Source: Octopus bimaculoides (taxonomy: Eukaryota). From it: a stretch of 64,000 nt of DNA. Position 1 is the stretch's first letter, and each line of letters begins with the position of its first letter. The stretch spans positions 110,098,079 through 110,162,078 of the forward strand of contig NC_068983.1 in NCBI RefSeq assembly GCF_001194135.2, written 5' to 3'. Of the stretch, positions 63,911-64,000 are shown piece by piece. The notes under the pieces were generated by a model, which did not search any database, was not told the DNA's origin, and worked only from the letters and a program-made list of their open reading frames with translations. The position numbers were made by a program, and so were the translations under genes.

Positions 63911-64000
63911 AAGGCAGAAGCGTTAGTACGCCGGACGAAATGCTTAGCGGTATTTTGTCTGCCGTTACGCTCTGATTTCAAATTCCGCTGAGGTCGACTT
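63911..64000 (+). mobile_element. Deu/Nin-like SINE, 5' part (runs off window end)
   Basis: ggcagaagcgttagtacgccggacgaaatgcttagcggtatt..ttcaaattccgctgaggtcgactt. Confidence 0.85.

Overview
AT-rich, gapped eukaryotic genomic DNA with no recognisable intact host gene. It is an intergenic or intronic field of transposable-element debris and microsatellites. The SINE families and repeat landscape look like a coleoid cephalopod, probably Octopus; this is recognition from memory, not a search. The first ~19 kb holds about 11 fragments of R4/Dong-clade (restriction-like endonuclease) non-LTR retrotransposons, several chained through (AAT)n arrays. It also holds two decayed mariner elements, a Chapaev3-like (CMC; Transib/RAG1-related) DDE transposon relic and a non-coding AAT-tailed repeat. 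The remaining ~45 kb holds three Penelope-like element (PLE) relics, minimal hammerhead-ribozyme motifs, a TA-flanked MITE, a CR1-type LINE, several tRNA-derived SINE families and many microsatellites, often next to N gaps. Nearly all long entries in the supplied ORF track are artefacts of microsatellites or N runs. The best leads are the TAA-targeted retroelement 'train' with its non-autonomous passengers, the hammerhead-bearing repeats, and the Chapaev3 relic. All coordinates and alignments were done by eye.
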